Assembly (NCBI GenBank): GCA_036493295.1
Contig: DASXQB010000226.1
Span: forward strand, 1 to 56,598
Length of the DNA: 56,598 nucleotides
Origin: Polyangia bacterium
Lineage (GTDB): Bacteria > Myxococcota_A > Polyangia > Fen-1088
Reading direction: 5' to 3'
Shown here: one piece after another, positions 28,542 through 36,756 of the stretch
How the letters are laid out: every line of letters begins with the position of its first letter
Position numbering within the stretch: position 1 is the first letter of the stretch
The notes under the pieces: generated by a model
Told to the model about the DNA's origin: nothing
The model's database searches: none
Seen by the model: only the letters and a program-made list of their open reading frames with translations
Program-made: the position numbers and the translations under genes

Positions 28542-29570
28542 ATGAAGAAGACGCGGGTGACGGTTCTCTTCGACGTAGACGGTGAGCCGCCAGCCCAGCA
28601 GGATTTCAAAAAGCAGCTCGAAACCGCCGACGAGGCCGAGTTCGACGTGGCCCGCGCGCTGATCCAGCGCGGACATCAAGTTCGCATGCTGGGCTTTCGC
28701 GACAATTTGGATCAGCTGTCCGCCGGCCTGCGCGCCGAACCGTGCGACGTGGTCTTCAATCTGGCTGAACGTTTTCGCGACGAATCGGCGCTGGACTACA
28801 CGGTGGCGGCGGTGCTTGAAATGCTGGGCTTGCCGTACACCGGCGCGTCGTCGGAGGGCCTGATGCTGGCGCGGGACAAGGCGCTGACCAAGAAGGTGCT
28901 GGCCTATCAAGGCGTGCGCATCCCGCACTTCATGGTGTGTCCGCTGGGCGCCGAGGTGGCGCGGCCCAGCGACCTGCGGTTTCCTCTCATCGTCAAGCCG
29001 CTGGACGAAGACGCGTCGGTGGGGATCTCGCAGGCGTCGGTGGTGCGCGACGACAACGCCCTCAAGGAACGCGTCACCTTCATCCACGATCGTTTTGCCA
29101 CCGACGCCATCGTCGAAGAGTTCATCGCCGGCCGCGAGCTTTACATCGGCGTCATCGGCAACGATCCGCCCGTCGCCTTGCCACCGATCGAGATGGTGTT
29201 CGGCAACGAACCGAACGTGGAGAGCCGCATCGCCACCTTCAAGGCCAAGTGGAGCGTGAAGTATCGCGAGAGTCGCGGCATCCAGAACAAGATCGCCCAG
29301 GACCTTTCGAAAGACGTGCGCGCGCGCCTGGCCGAGGTGGCGTTGCGCACCTATCAGGCGGCCGGGTTGCGCGACTACGGCCGCATCGACGTTCGGCTGG
29401 CTCACGACGACGAGATTTATGTCGTGGAGGCCAATCCGAATCCGTATCTCGCCGACGGCGAAGATCTGGCCTGGGCCGCAGAAGAAGGTGGCCACGATTA
29501 TCCTGAGTTCATCGAGCAGATCGCCGAGTGGGCGTTGATCCGCGCGAAAAAAAGCGCCAAGCCGACCTAG
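28542..29570 (+). CDS. D-alanine--D-alanine ligase family ATP-grasp protein (non-canonical N-terminus)
   Basis: ATP-grasp pattern DKALTKKVL, FPLIVKPLDEDASVGIS, EEFIAGRELYIGVIGN and RIDVRL...IYVVEANPNP. It lacks the GG.S.EHEVS N-terminus of housekeeping Ddl. Confidence 0.8.
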   Translation: MKKTRVTVLFDVDGEPPAQQDFKKQLETADEAEFDVARALIQRGHQVRMLGFRDNLDQLSAGLRAEPCDVVFNLAERFRDESALDYTVAAVLEMLGLPYTGASSEGLMLARDKALTKKVLAYQGVRIPHFMVCPLGAEVARPSDLRFPLIVKPLDEDASVGISQASVVRDDNALKERVTFIHDRFATDAIVEEFIAGRELYIGVIGNDPPVALPPIEMVFGNEPNVESRIATFKAKWSVKYRESRGIQNKIAQDLSKDVRARLAEVALRTYQAAGLRDYGRIDVRLAHDDEIYVVEANPNPYLADGEDLAWAAEEGGHDYPEFIEQIAEWALIRAKKSAKPT

Positions 29571-29576
29571 CGGTGA

Positions 29577-31112
29577 TCAGTCGGCGCGCGCGCTGAAGAA
29601 CGCGGTCTGGATGACGTCGCCGCGCTTGAACTGCACGACGATTCGATAAAGCCCGGGCGTCGGGCAAGCATAGGGAAAAGCGATCTCGGGGGGCAGAGCG
29701 GCGGCGTGGTGGCCGGCGTGGCCTCTGTGGGCGGCGTGCGGATCAGCAGAAGCGCCGCCGCCGCTGCCGCTGTCGATCAAGCCCAGCGCGGCCATCGACA
29801 CCGAACCGCTGGGATGAATGTGCGCGAAGACGGAGCGATCGTCTTTGATGAACGCGGCGTGGCCGGCCATGCCCATGTATGGCGTGACGTCGCCGGCCGG
29901 CTTCCCGTCGGCGCCGTCGACGCGAAAACGAAACCAGGTGGTGCGCCCGGCGCGCAACGGATCGGCGCTGTCGCCGCCCAGCCACACCACCTGTCCGCCG
30001 CCGGGCAACCGAAAGGCGCGCGTGGCCGCCGCGCCGGTGGCCAGCGCGGGCCCGGCCCCTACGGCATCGTCGCCCATCGGCGCACCGCCTTTCGCCGCGG
30101 GCAAGGTGACGGTGGCGGTGGCGGTCTCGGCCAGGCCGGTCTGGTGAACGATGTCGGCGAACAGTTGATAGTCGCCGGGTGGCAGCGCTGGCAGCGCGCG
30201 CTGGAATTTTCCGGGCTGACTTTGATCAGGATGAAGATGCGCCACCACATCCATGGCCGGCACGCGCACGACGTAAAGGTGCATCAGGTGCTCGTGGTCG
30301 GGGACCAGATCATCGAGGCGCCGCGACTTGGCCCAGCCTGGATCGGTCAGGGTCAGCGACAGCGTGACGCCACCGTCGACGCCCATGGCGGTGGTCGCTT
30401 GCAGCCCCAGTGGCTTGTAGACCTTTTGACCGTAGCCGCTCGCTTCGTCGCCCCACCAGGTCGCGCCGCCCAGGACCAGCGCGGTCAGTACGGCGGCCGC
30501 CACCGTCTGCGCCACTCGGCCGCGGCGCCGTCGCTGCCCGTCGGGTTGCTGACCTGATTCCAGCGCGGCGTCGCGCACGCTGGCGCCGACGATGCTGATC
30601 ATGCCGGCGACCAGAAACGCCAGCAGCGCGGCCAGGCCCAGCCCCAATCCGCGCTGCATGGTCTTCGTCCGCATGGCCAGCGCCGGCACCGGCACCGCCA
30701 GGTCGCCAGCGCCGCGCGGGCCATCGACGTGCACGCGCACCTGCCAGGATCCGCTGGCCATGAACCACAACTTGGCGCTGAAACGGTGCGGGTCGCCGAC
30801 CTCGGCGTTCGCCACGTCGGCCGTCGGTGGCAGCACGGCGCCCGGTCCGCGCAAAGGTGTCGGCACCAGAGTCACCAGACGCAGTTGATCGTCGGGCGCT
30901 TGCACGTCGACCATGGCCACGCCCGGAATCACCTCGGGCGGACGGATGGTCACCAGCAGCGGGTAGGGCCCGGCGTTTCCTTCGAAGAAGACGTCAGGAC
31001 TTCCCAGGTGGGCGTTGGCCACGCTGCCGTCCACCAGCAGCGCAGCGGCGATCAAGACCAGGGCGGCCGGGAACGTCGACCGTCGCCGAAATCTGCCGCG
31101 ATCGGCGCGCAT
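29577..31112 (-). CDS. exported/membrane-anchored His-rich protein (hypothetical, possible metal binding)
   Basis: Signal peptide ending VANA followed by His (31008-31010). Two central TM helices. The motif repeats twice: HLMHLYVV..DVVAHLHP (30228-30299) and GHAAFIKDDRSVFAHIHP (29811-29876). His patch HAAHRGHAGHH. The ATG shares one base with the upstream stop (TGATG at 31110-31114). Confidence 0.6.
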   Translation of the reverse strand: MRADRGRFRRRSTFPAALVLIAAALLVDGSVANAHLGSPDVFFEGNAGPYPLLVTIRPPEVIPGVAMVDVQAPDDQLRLVTLVPTPLRGPGAVLPPTADVANAEVGDPHRFSAKLWFMASGSWQVRVHVDGPRGAGDLAVPVPALAMRTKTMQRGLGLGLAALLAFLVAGMISIVGASVRDAALESGQQPDGQRRRRGRVAQTVAAAVLTALVLGGATWWGDEASGYGQKVYKPLGLQATTAMGVDGGVTLSLTLTDPGWAKSRRLDDLVPDHEHLMHLYVVRVPAMDVVAHLHPDQSQPGKFQRALPALPPGDYQLFADIVHQTGLAETATATVTLPAAKGGAPMGDDAVGAGPALATGAAATRAFRLPGGGQVVWLGGDSADPLRAGRTTWFRFRVDGADGKPAGDVTPYMGMAGHAAFIKDDRSVFAHIHPSGSVSMAALGLIDSGSGGGASADPHAAHRGHAGHHAAALPPEIAFPYACPTPGLYRIVVQFKRGDVIQTAFFSARAD

Positions 31113-32260
31113 CAACGCCGGATCCGGCGCATCCAATCGCCCCAGGCCAGGCCGACCCAGGCGCTGGCCACGCCCAGCGCGCACGCCCACGCCGCGCCCC
31201 TCACGAATGCACCGACCGATACTTCGTACGGTAAAAACACGCCGCGCGCGTAAAACGATCCGACGGGCGTGTTGAAGTCGAAGTACATGGCGCCAAAAAA
31301 ATGATTGCGGGCCGCCGACGACATCAGGAACGTGGCGAACGGCCACTGCGCGATGAAGAAGGCCGCCGCGAACACGATGCCGCTGGCCACGGCCTGTCGT
31401 TCGCGGCTCCAGTCGGGCGTGCGCGACCACAACAGATCCATCACCAGCGCCGGAACAATCAGCAGCAGCGGAAACTCTGGCGGGATGAACTGCGTGACCG
31501 GGAACAGCACCGGCCCCAATTTGGGTTGGGCGGGGCAAAGCGGCAAGATCCACAGCAAGCCCAGCAGGAACGCCGAATAAAACAGCGCCGTCACCGTGGC
31601 CGCCCAGCGCTGGCCGGTGGCGCGCGCGGCGGCGCAAAACACCACCGGCGCCAGCGCAGAGACGTAGGCGTAAAAGCTCGCCCGGTGCATGAAGATGCGG
31701 ATGGTCTTCTCCATGAACATCGTCAGCAAGGCCATGACGATCATTCCCTGCACGTACAAAAACAGCAGGGTCAGACGCCGCCGCAATTCACCGTCGGCGC
31801 GGTTGCGCGCGCCCAAAACGAAGATCGCCGCGCCCAGATGAATGCACAGGATGCCGATCGCCAGCACCACGTGCGGCGGGCTCAAGATCTTCACGTCCAG
31901 ACCGTAGGCGTTGTGCCACCAATCGTCGAACGGGGCCGAAGCCAGCATGGTGATGCCGCCCCAGGCAGTGATGAACGCGCCCAGCGGCCCGCGAAACCCC
32001 AGCACCTGCACGGCGTGCGCGCGAACCGGCGATGAACGGCGAAACGTCGCGCCCAGGATCTGCGAGGCCGACGCGACCGCCGCCAGCACCGCCGCCAGAT
32101 AGATCGCCAGGTGCGGCGGCGACCAGAAGGTGTCGCGTCCGATCGATCGATGCCAGGAGATGTCCCAGTGCACACCGATTTGCACGGTGGTCGACGCGGC
32201 CAGCGCGCACCACAAATACAAAGGGATGCCCGGGTTCATGAGCCGCCAAAAGCGTAGCAT
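31112..32260 (-). CDS. polytopic integral membrane protein (hypothetical)
   Basis: About 10 hydrophobic segments. Conserved-looking His/Trp motifs HWDISWHRSIGRDTFWSPPH and APFDDWWHNAYG. Alternative ATG at 32239. Confidence 0.65.
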   Translation of the reverse strand: MLRFWRLMNPGIPLYLWCALAASTTVQIGVHWDISWHRSIGRDTFWSPPHLAIYLAAVLAAVASASQILGATFRRSSPVRAHAVQVLGFRGPLGAFITAWGGITMLASAPFDDWWHNAYGLDVKILSPPHVVLAIGILCIHLGAAIFVLGARNRADGELRRRLTLLFLYVQGMIVMALLTMFMEKTIRIFMHRASFYAYVSALAPVVFCAAARATGQRWAATVTALFYSAFLLGLLWILPLCPAQPKLGPVLFPVTQFIPPEFPLLLIVPALVMDLLWSRTPDWSRERQAVASGIVFAAAFFIAQWPFATFLMSSAARNHFFGAMYFDFNTPVGSFYARGVFLPYEVSVGAFVRGAAWACALGVASAWVGLAWGDWMRRIRR

Positions 32261-32360
32261 CGGGTTGCGTCGAAATCGGGCTCAAGTTCCCAGGACAAGC
32301 AACCGAGACCTGCGGCGTCGTTGAATCCGGTGCCGCCGTGATTAAGTTCCTGAACAATTG

Positions 32361-32389
32361 TTGACGTCCGGTCCGTCGCCTGGTAATAA
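32361..32389 (+). promoter_or_regulatory. sigma-70-type promoter candidate (TTGACG-N17-TAATAA)
   Basis: TTGACG at 32361-32366, an exact 17-nt spacer, and TAATAA at 32384-32389, about 70 nt upstream of the ATG at 32459. An ACAATTGT palindrome lies immediately upstream. Confidence 0.4.
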
Positions 32390-32458
32390 CGGGGCCGTTT
32401 TCGGGGTTGGGTTGTCTGTGGGTCATAACGTGTTGGTTGGTGAAGGGGAGGGTGTGGG

Positions 32459-33208
32459 ATGAGTTCACGTTTGTTGGTGGGTTCGTTTGTTCTTTTGGCG
32501 GTCCTGACCGTCGGTTGCGCAGAGTCGGAACCGCAGTCGGCCGCTCCGCCGGACACGCAGCCGGTGCTGGGCGTCGATCACGCGGCACTGGGATTCATCG
32601 ACGTGTACCAGGCCATCGTGGCTCCGTGGTGCTCGGCGGTGCTGGTGGCGCCTGACGTGGTGATGACCGCGGCTCGTTGCGTGGAGGGCATCGACGCCTC
32701 CCGGATTCGCTTCGGCGTGGGCGCCGTGACGCCCGACGGAGCCGAGGGCGGAACGTTTCAGGTTCGCCAGGTGATCGTGAATCCGGACCACGCCCAGTGG
32801 CAGCATGATCTGGCGGCGCTGGTCCTGGCCCGCCCGCTGACCAACGTGACGCCGGTGGCGATGGGTGTCGACCTGGCCGCGCCGGCGCGGTTGGAATCGG
32901 TGGCCTACAACTATGTTCATCGTGGCGAAAGCGGCGCGCGGACGGTCTGGGCCGGCAACGCGCAGCCCAGCGACGATTCGATCGCCGTCGTTCCCAGCGA
33001 AGGCAAGCCAAGCTGCCAGTGCGTCACCGGCGCGGGTATGATCAACGAAGCTGGCCAATTGCTCGGCTTCGTCAGTGCGGCTGGCTCGCGGGCGGCCGGC
33101 GACACGACGTCGTTCTGCGCGGTCTCGTTCAATCTGGCTGCGGTGTCGCACAACCAGACGTTCGTTCAACAGGCGCTGGCGGCCAGCTCGACCGCGGTGG
33201 TGCCGTAG
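32459..33208 (+). CDS. trypsin-like (S1) fold lipoprotein with substituted catalytic triad (probable pseudoprotease)
   Basis: Lipobox LAVLTVGCAE. S1 framework CSAVLVAPDVVMTAARCV (Arg codon CGT at 32675-32677 where His57 is expected), HDLAALVLARPL (Asp102 kept), SCQCVTGAGM (Thr codon 33026-33028 where Ser195 is expected). Confidence 0.75.
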   Translation: MSSRLLVGSFVLLAVLTVGCAESEPQSAAPPDTQPVLGVDHAALGFIDVYQAIVAPWCSAVLVAPDVVMTAARCVEGIDASRIRFGVGAVTPDGAEGGTFQVRQVIVNPDHAQWQHDLAALVLARPLTNVTPVAMGVDLAAPARLESVAYNYVHRGESGARTVWAGNAQPSDDSIAVVPSEGKPSCQCVTGAGMINEAGQLLGFVSAAGSRAAGDTTSFCAVSFNLAAVSHNQTFVQQALAASSTAVVP

Positions 33209-33221
33209 TCAGGTTCCGCGG

Positions 33222-33258
33222 TAAGCTCCTCGTCTGATCGATATCGAAGAGGAGCTTA
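33222..33258 (+). promoter_or_regulatory. 10-bp perfect inverted repeat that pairs with the SD and start codon of the downstream lipoprotein gene
   Basis: TAAGCTCCTC (33222-33231) and GAGGAGCTTA (33249-33258) flank a 17-nt loop containing the palindrome TCGATATCGA. The right arm holds the SD (GAGGAG) and the A of the ATG at 33258. Confidence 0.5.
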
Positions 33259-33758
33259 TGCAAGCAAAGAATCGCACTGGTTTTCTAGGTCTTTCGTTGA
33301 TTGCGCTGCTCGCCGGATGCGGCAGCAGTGGGTCCGGCGTCAGTCAGGCCGACATCGATCGCTTCGTCGGCGACTGGAAGTTCGACAGTGAAAACATCAG
33401 CGGCACTTGCGGTGCCGCCGGGCCATCCTTGCAGCAGGACCTCACTGGCCAGGTGATGACGTTGGCCCAGGGCACTGGCGCCCAGATCATGCTGACTCTG
33501 GCCAGCACCTGTCACGTCACCTTCACCGTCGTCAGCGCCACGATGGCTACCGCCGTCCCGGCCCAGAGCATGTGCAGCCTGACCGTGAGTGGGATGACGG
33601 TGATGATCGCCGTGACGTCATGGACGCTCACCACCTCCGACGGGATGACCATGTCCACCGTGCAGGCAGGAACAGCTCTGGCCGGCCTGTGCACGGTCAC
33701 TGGTTCCGGCATGGCGACCAAACAAACCGGCACCACGACCGACGCCGGCGCCGACTAG
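33258..33758 (+). CDS. hypothetical lipoprotein
   Basis: Signal/lipobox LSLIALLAGCGSSGSG. SD GAGGAG. Thr/Met-rich beta-like sequence with four Cys. Confidence 0.65.
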   Translation: MQAKNRTGFLGLSLIALLAGCGSSGSGVSQADIDRFVGDWKFDSENISGTCGAAGPSLQQDLTGQVMTLAQGTGAQIMLTLASTCHVTFTVVSATMATAVPAQSMCSLTVSGMTVMIAVTSWTLTTSDGMTMSTVQAGTALAGLCTVTGSGMATKQTGTTTDAGAD

Positions 33759-33771
33759 CGGCTCGTCAGCG

Positions 33772-34143
33772 CTAGAGAATCTCGATCTTCGGATTGAGGA
33801 TGGTGGTGAGAAAGGCCGCCCGGCTTTCTTGCGGCTGCCGCGCCAGCTCTTGCAGCACCTCGTCCAGCGGTTCGGTTCCTTCTTCGAACAGCACGGCGAA
33901 CCCGCGATAGGCCACGGTGCGGATGACGCTGCCGCTGGCTCGCCAGGTTTGCCCGCGGTCGGACGAGAACACCACCGAGATCTTGTGGTGAATATCCACC
34001 TTGATGGTGGATTTGAAGAAACAGCCGCCGCGCGAGATGTCCTGCAGCTCGCCGTCGGCTGAAACGCCGCGGGCCGAGAAGACCAGTGTCACCGGCACGC
34101 CCAGCCCAAAGCGCGGGTATTGCCGCTGTTCCACCCCGTCCAT
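33772..34143 (-). CDS. single-domain PilZ protein
   Basis: PilZ signature QRQYPR and [12 protein letters not shown] at 34143 preferred to TTG at 34161. Confidence 0.8.
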   Translation of the reverse strand: MDGVEQRQYPRFGLGVPVTLVFSARGVSADGELQDISRGGCFFKSTIKVDIHHKISVVFSSDRGQTWRASGSVIRTVAYRGFAVLFEEGTEPLDEVLQELARQPQESRAAFLTTILNPKIEIL

Positions 34144-34217
34144 CGTTCCAGAATGCCACAAACCAGCCCCGCCGTATCGTTCGCCGCGGCGCGCGCGTGC
34201 TATCTATTGACGCGATC

Positions 34218-36431
34218 ATGGCCAAGGCGGCGGTCGATCAGCCCGGGCGGGCGGCGTTGGCGGGGGGCTTTCGGCCTGTCTCGCCCGAGCTTGTGCCGCA
34301 GACGCTGTTCACGCGCCGCAAGCATTGGGCCGAGCGGTTCGGCATCGCGCCCGTCCTGCCCATGTCGCGCGCCGAGATGGACGCTCTCGGCTGGGACAGC
34401 TGCGACGTCATCCTGGTGACCGGCGATGCGTATGTCGACCACCCCAGCTTCGGGATGGCCCTGGTGGGACGGCTGCTGGAGGCGCAGGGATTTCGGGTCG
34501 GCATCATCGCCCAACCGGACTGGCGCAGCGCCGAACCGTTCGCGGCGCTCGGGCGCCCGACGGTGATGTTCGGTGTCACCGGCGGCAACATGGATTCGAT
34601 GGTCAATCGCTATACGTCCGACCGGCGCATTCGTTCGGACGACGCGTATTCGCCGGGCGGGGCGGCGGGGTTGCGCCCGGATCGGGCGGTGATCGTCTAC
34701 GCCCAGCGCTGTCGCGAGGCGTTCGCCGACGTGCCCATCGTCATCGGCGGCATCGAAGCCAGCTTGCGCCGCATCGCCCACTTTGACTATTGGTCAGACA
34801 AAGTTCGCCGGTCGGTGTTGCTGGATGCCAAGGCCGATCTCCTGGTCTACGGCAACGGCGAGCGCGCGGTGGTGGAGATCGCCCATCGGCTGGCGGCCGG
34901 CGAGTCCCCGGCGCAGCTGACGGAGCTGCGCGGGACGGCGTTCGTGCGGCGGCAGGCGCCAGCCGGCTGGACGGAGATCGACTCGCGGCAGATCGACACG
35001 CCGGGGCCGCTGGCGCCGCCGGTGGATCCGTACGCCATGGCCGACGAATCAGCGGGCGCGCCGGCCGGCGCGTGCGCGACGGGTGGGGCGGCGCCGCCGT
35101 CTGAACGCCTGGTGCCGCTGCGGCTGGGCAAACCGAAAGCGGCGCGCGAAAAGACCGTCGTTCGCATGCCCGACTTCGACGCGGTGGTGGCCGATCCGGT
35201 CTTGTACGCGCACGCCTCGCGCTTGCTGCACGTCGAAGCCAACCCGGGGAACGCTCGCGCCCTGGTGCAACGCCACGGCGACGTCGACGTCTGGTTGAAC
35301 CCGCCGCCGCTGCCACTGTCGTCGCCCGAGATGGACGCGCTTTACGAGTTGCCGTACACGCGCCGGCCGCACCCGCGATATGGCGACGCGGAGATCCCGG
35401 CGTACCAGATGATCCGGTTCTCCATCACCATCATGCGCGGCTGCTTTGGCGGCTGTTCGTTCTGTTCGATCACCGAACACGAAGGCCGCATCATCCAGAA
35501 CCGGTCCGAATCGTCGGTGCTGCGCGAGATCGCCACCGTCCGCGATACCGTCCCCGGTTTCACCGGCACCATCTCCGACCTGGGCGGCCCCACCGCTAAC
35601 ATGTACCGCCTGCACTGCAAGAGCCCGCAGATCGAAGCGGCCTGCCGGCTGCCGTCCTGCGTGTACCCGGCGATCTGTCCCAACCTGAAGACCGACCACG
35701 ATCCGCTGATCGGCCTTTACCGCAAGGCGCGCCAGGTCCCCGGCATCAAGAAGATCTTGATCGCTTCGGGCCTGCGTTACGACCTGGCGGCGACGTCGCC
35801 CGCCTACGTTCGGGAGCTGGCCACCCACCACGTCGGCGGCTATCTGAAGATCGCCCCCGAGCACACCGAATCAGGCCCGCTGTCGAAGATGCTGAAGCCG
35901 GGGATCGGGTCTTACGAAAAGTTCAAGTATCTGTTTGATAAATATTCGCGCGAGGCCGGAAAAAAGCAGTATTTGATCCCATATTTCATCGCCTCGCACC
36001 CCGGGACCACCGACCGGGACATGCTGCAGTTGGCCCTGTGGTTGAAGAAGAACGGGTTTCGCGCCGATCAGGTGCAGGCCTTCCTGCCGTCACCGATGGC
36101 CAGCGCCACGGCGATGTACCACTCGGGCAAGAACCCCCTGCGCCGGGTGCGGCGCAACAGTGAGGACGTATTCGTGCCGAAGGGTTTGAAAGTGCGGCGC
36201 CTGCACAAGGCGTTTCTGCGCTATCACGATCCGCTCAACTGGCCGTTGTTGCGCGACGCTCTTGCCCGCATGGGCCGCGCTGATCTGATCGGCAGCGGCG
36301 CCCACCACCTGATTCCGCGCCACCAGCCGCCGGGCACAAGCGCCATCTCGTCGCGCGGGCCCAAACGGCGCGGCGACAAGATACGAACGCAGCACACCGG
36401 CCTGCGCGGCGTCTCGCTGCCGCGCCGCTAG
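34218..36431 (+). CDS. ygiQ: YgiQ family (UPF0313) radical SAM protein
   Basis: N-terminal motif [56 protein letters not shown]. Radical-SAM cluster motif CFGGCSFC. Confidence 0.92.
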   Translation: MAKAAVDQPGRAALAGGFRPVSPELVPQTLFTRRKHWAERFGIAPVLPMSRAEMDALGWDSCDVILVTGDAYVDHPSFGMALVGRLLEAQGFRVGIIAQPDWRSAEPFAALGRPTVMFGVTGGNMDSMVNRYTSDRRIRSDDAYSPGGAAGLRPDRAVIVYAQRCREAFADVPIVIGGIEASLRRIAHFDYWSDKVRRSVLLDAKADLLVYGNGERAVVEIAHRLAAGESPAQLTELRGTAFVRRQAPAGWTEIDSRQIDTPGPLAPPVDPYAMADESAGAPAGACATGGAAPPSERLVPLRLGKPKAAREKTVVRMPDFDAVVADPVLYAHASRLLHVEANPGNARALVQRHGDVDVWLNPPPLPLSSPEMDALYELPYTRRPHPRYGDAEIPAYQMIRFSITIMRGCFGGCSFCSITEHEGRIIQNRSESSVLREIATVRDTVPGFTGTISDLGGPTANMYRLHCKSPQIEAACRLPSCVYPAICPNLKTDHDPLIGLYRKARQVPGIKKILIASGLRYDLAATSPAYVRELATHHVGGYLKIAPEHTESGPLSKMLKPGIGSYEKFKYLFDKYSREAGKKQYLIPYFIASHPGTTDRDMLQLALWLKKNGFRADQVQAFLPSPMASATAMYHSGKNPLRRVRRNSEDVFVPKGLKVRRLHKAFLRYHDPLNWPLLRDALARMGRADLIGSGAHHLIPRHQPPGTSAISSRGPKRRGDKIRTQHTGLRGVSLPRR

Positions 36432-36441
36432 CGGGTGCCCG

Positions 36442-36630
36442 CTAGCGGGCGAAGCTACATTCCCAGCGGGCGATCTCCGGTTCCAGGACCGGGCGTTCGT
36501 CCTGGTGTGCTTCGGCCAGCACACGCAGGCGGGCCAGCAGCGGTCGCGCTTCTTCGTGGCGTTGCTCGGCCAGCAAGCGCCGCAACTCGTATCGAAGGTG
36601 CACCATCTCTCGTGCCTCGAAAAAGTCCAT
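36442..36630 (-). CDS. small hypothetical protein (62 aa, helical, Arg/Glu/Leu-rich)
   Basis: The ATG at 36630 is preceded by GAAGGGGGA. It sits in the gap between ygiQ and the DAHP synthase gene. It is the only part of the 444-aa minus ORF not antisense to a confident gene. Confidence 0.3.
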   Translation of the reverse strand: MDFFEAREMVHLRYELRRLLAEQRHEEARPLLARLRVLAEAHQDERPVLEPEIARWECSFAR

Positions 36631-36756
36631 CCAGTCCCCCTTCACGTAACACACTAGGGCGAGGAGATTTGCCGTCAAATTTTTCACCTGTCGCCGCGCC
36701 AGCGACGGGGCAAACGAGCAAATTTCCCCCAAAGACGCTAGATTCCGCCGCAGATC

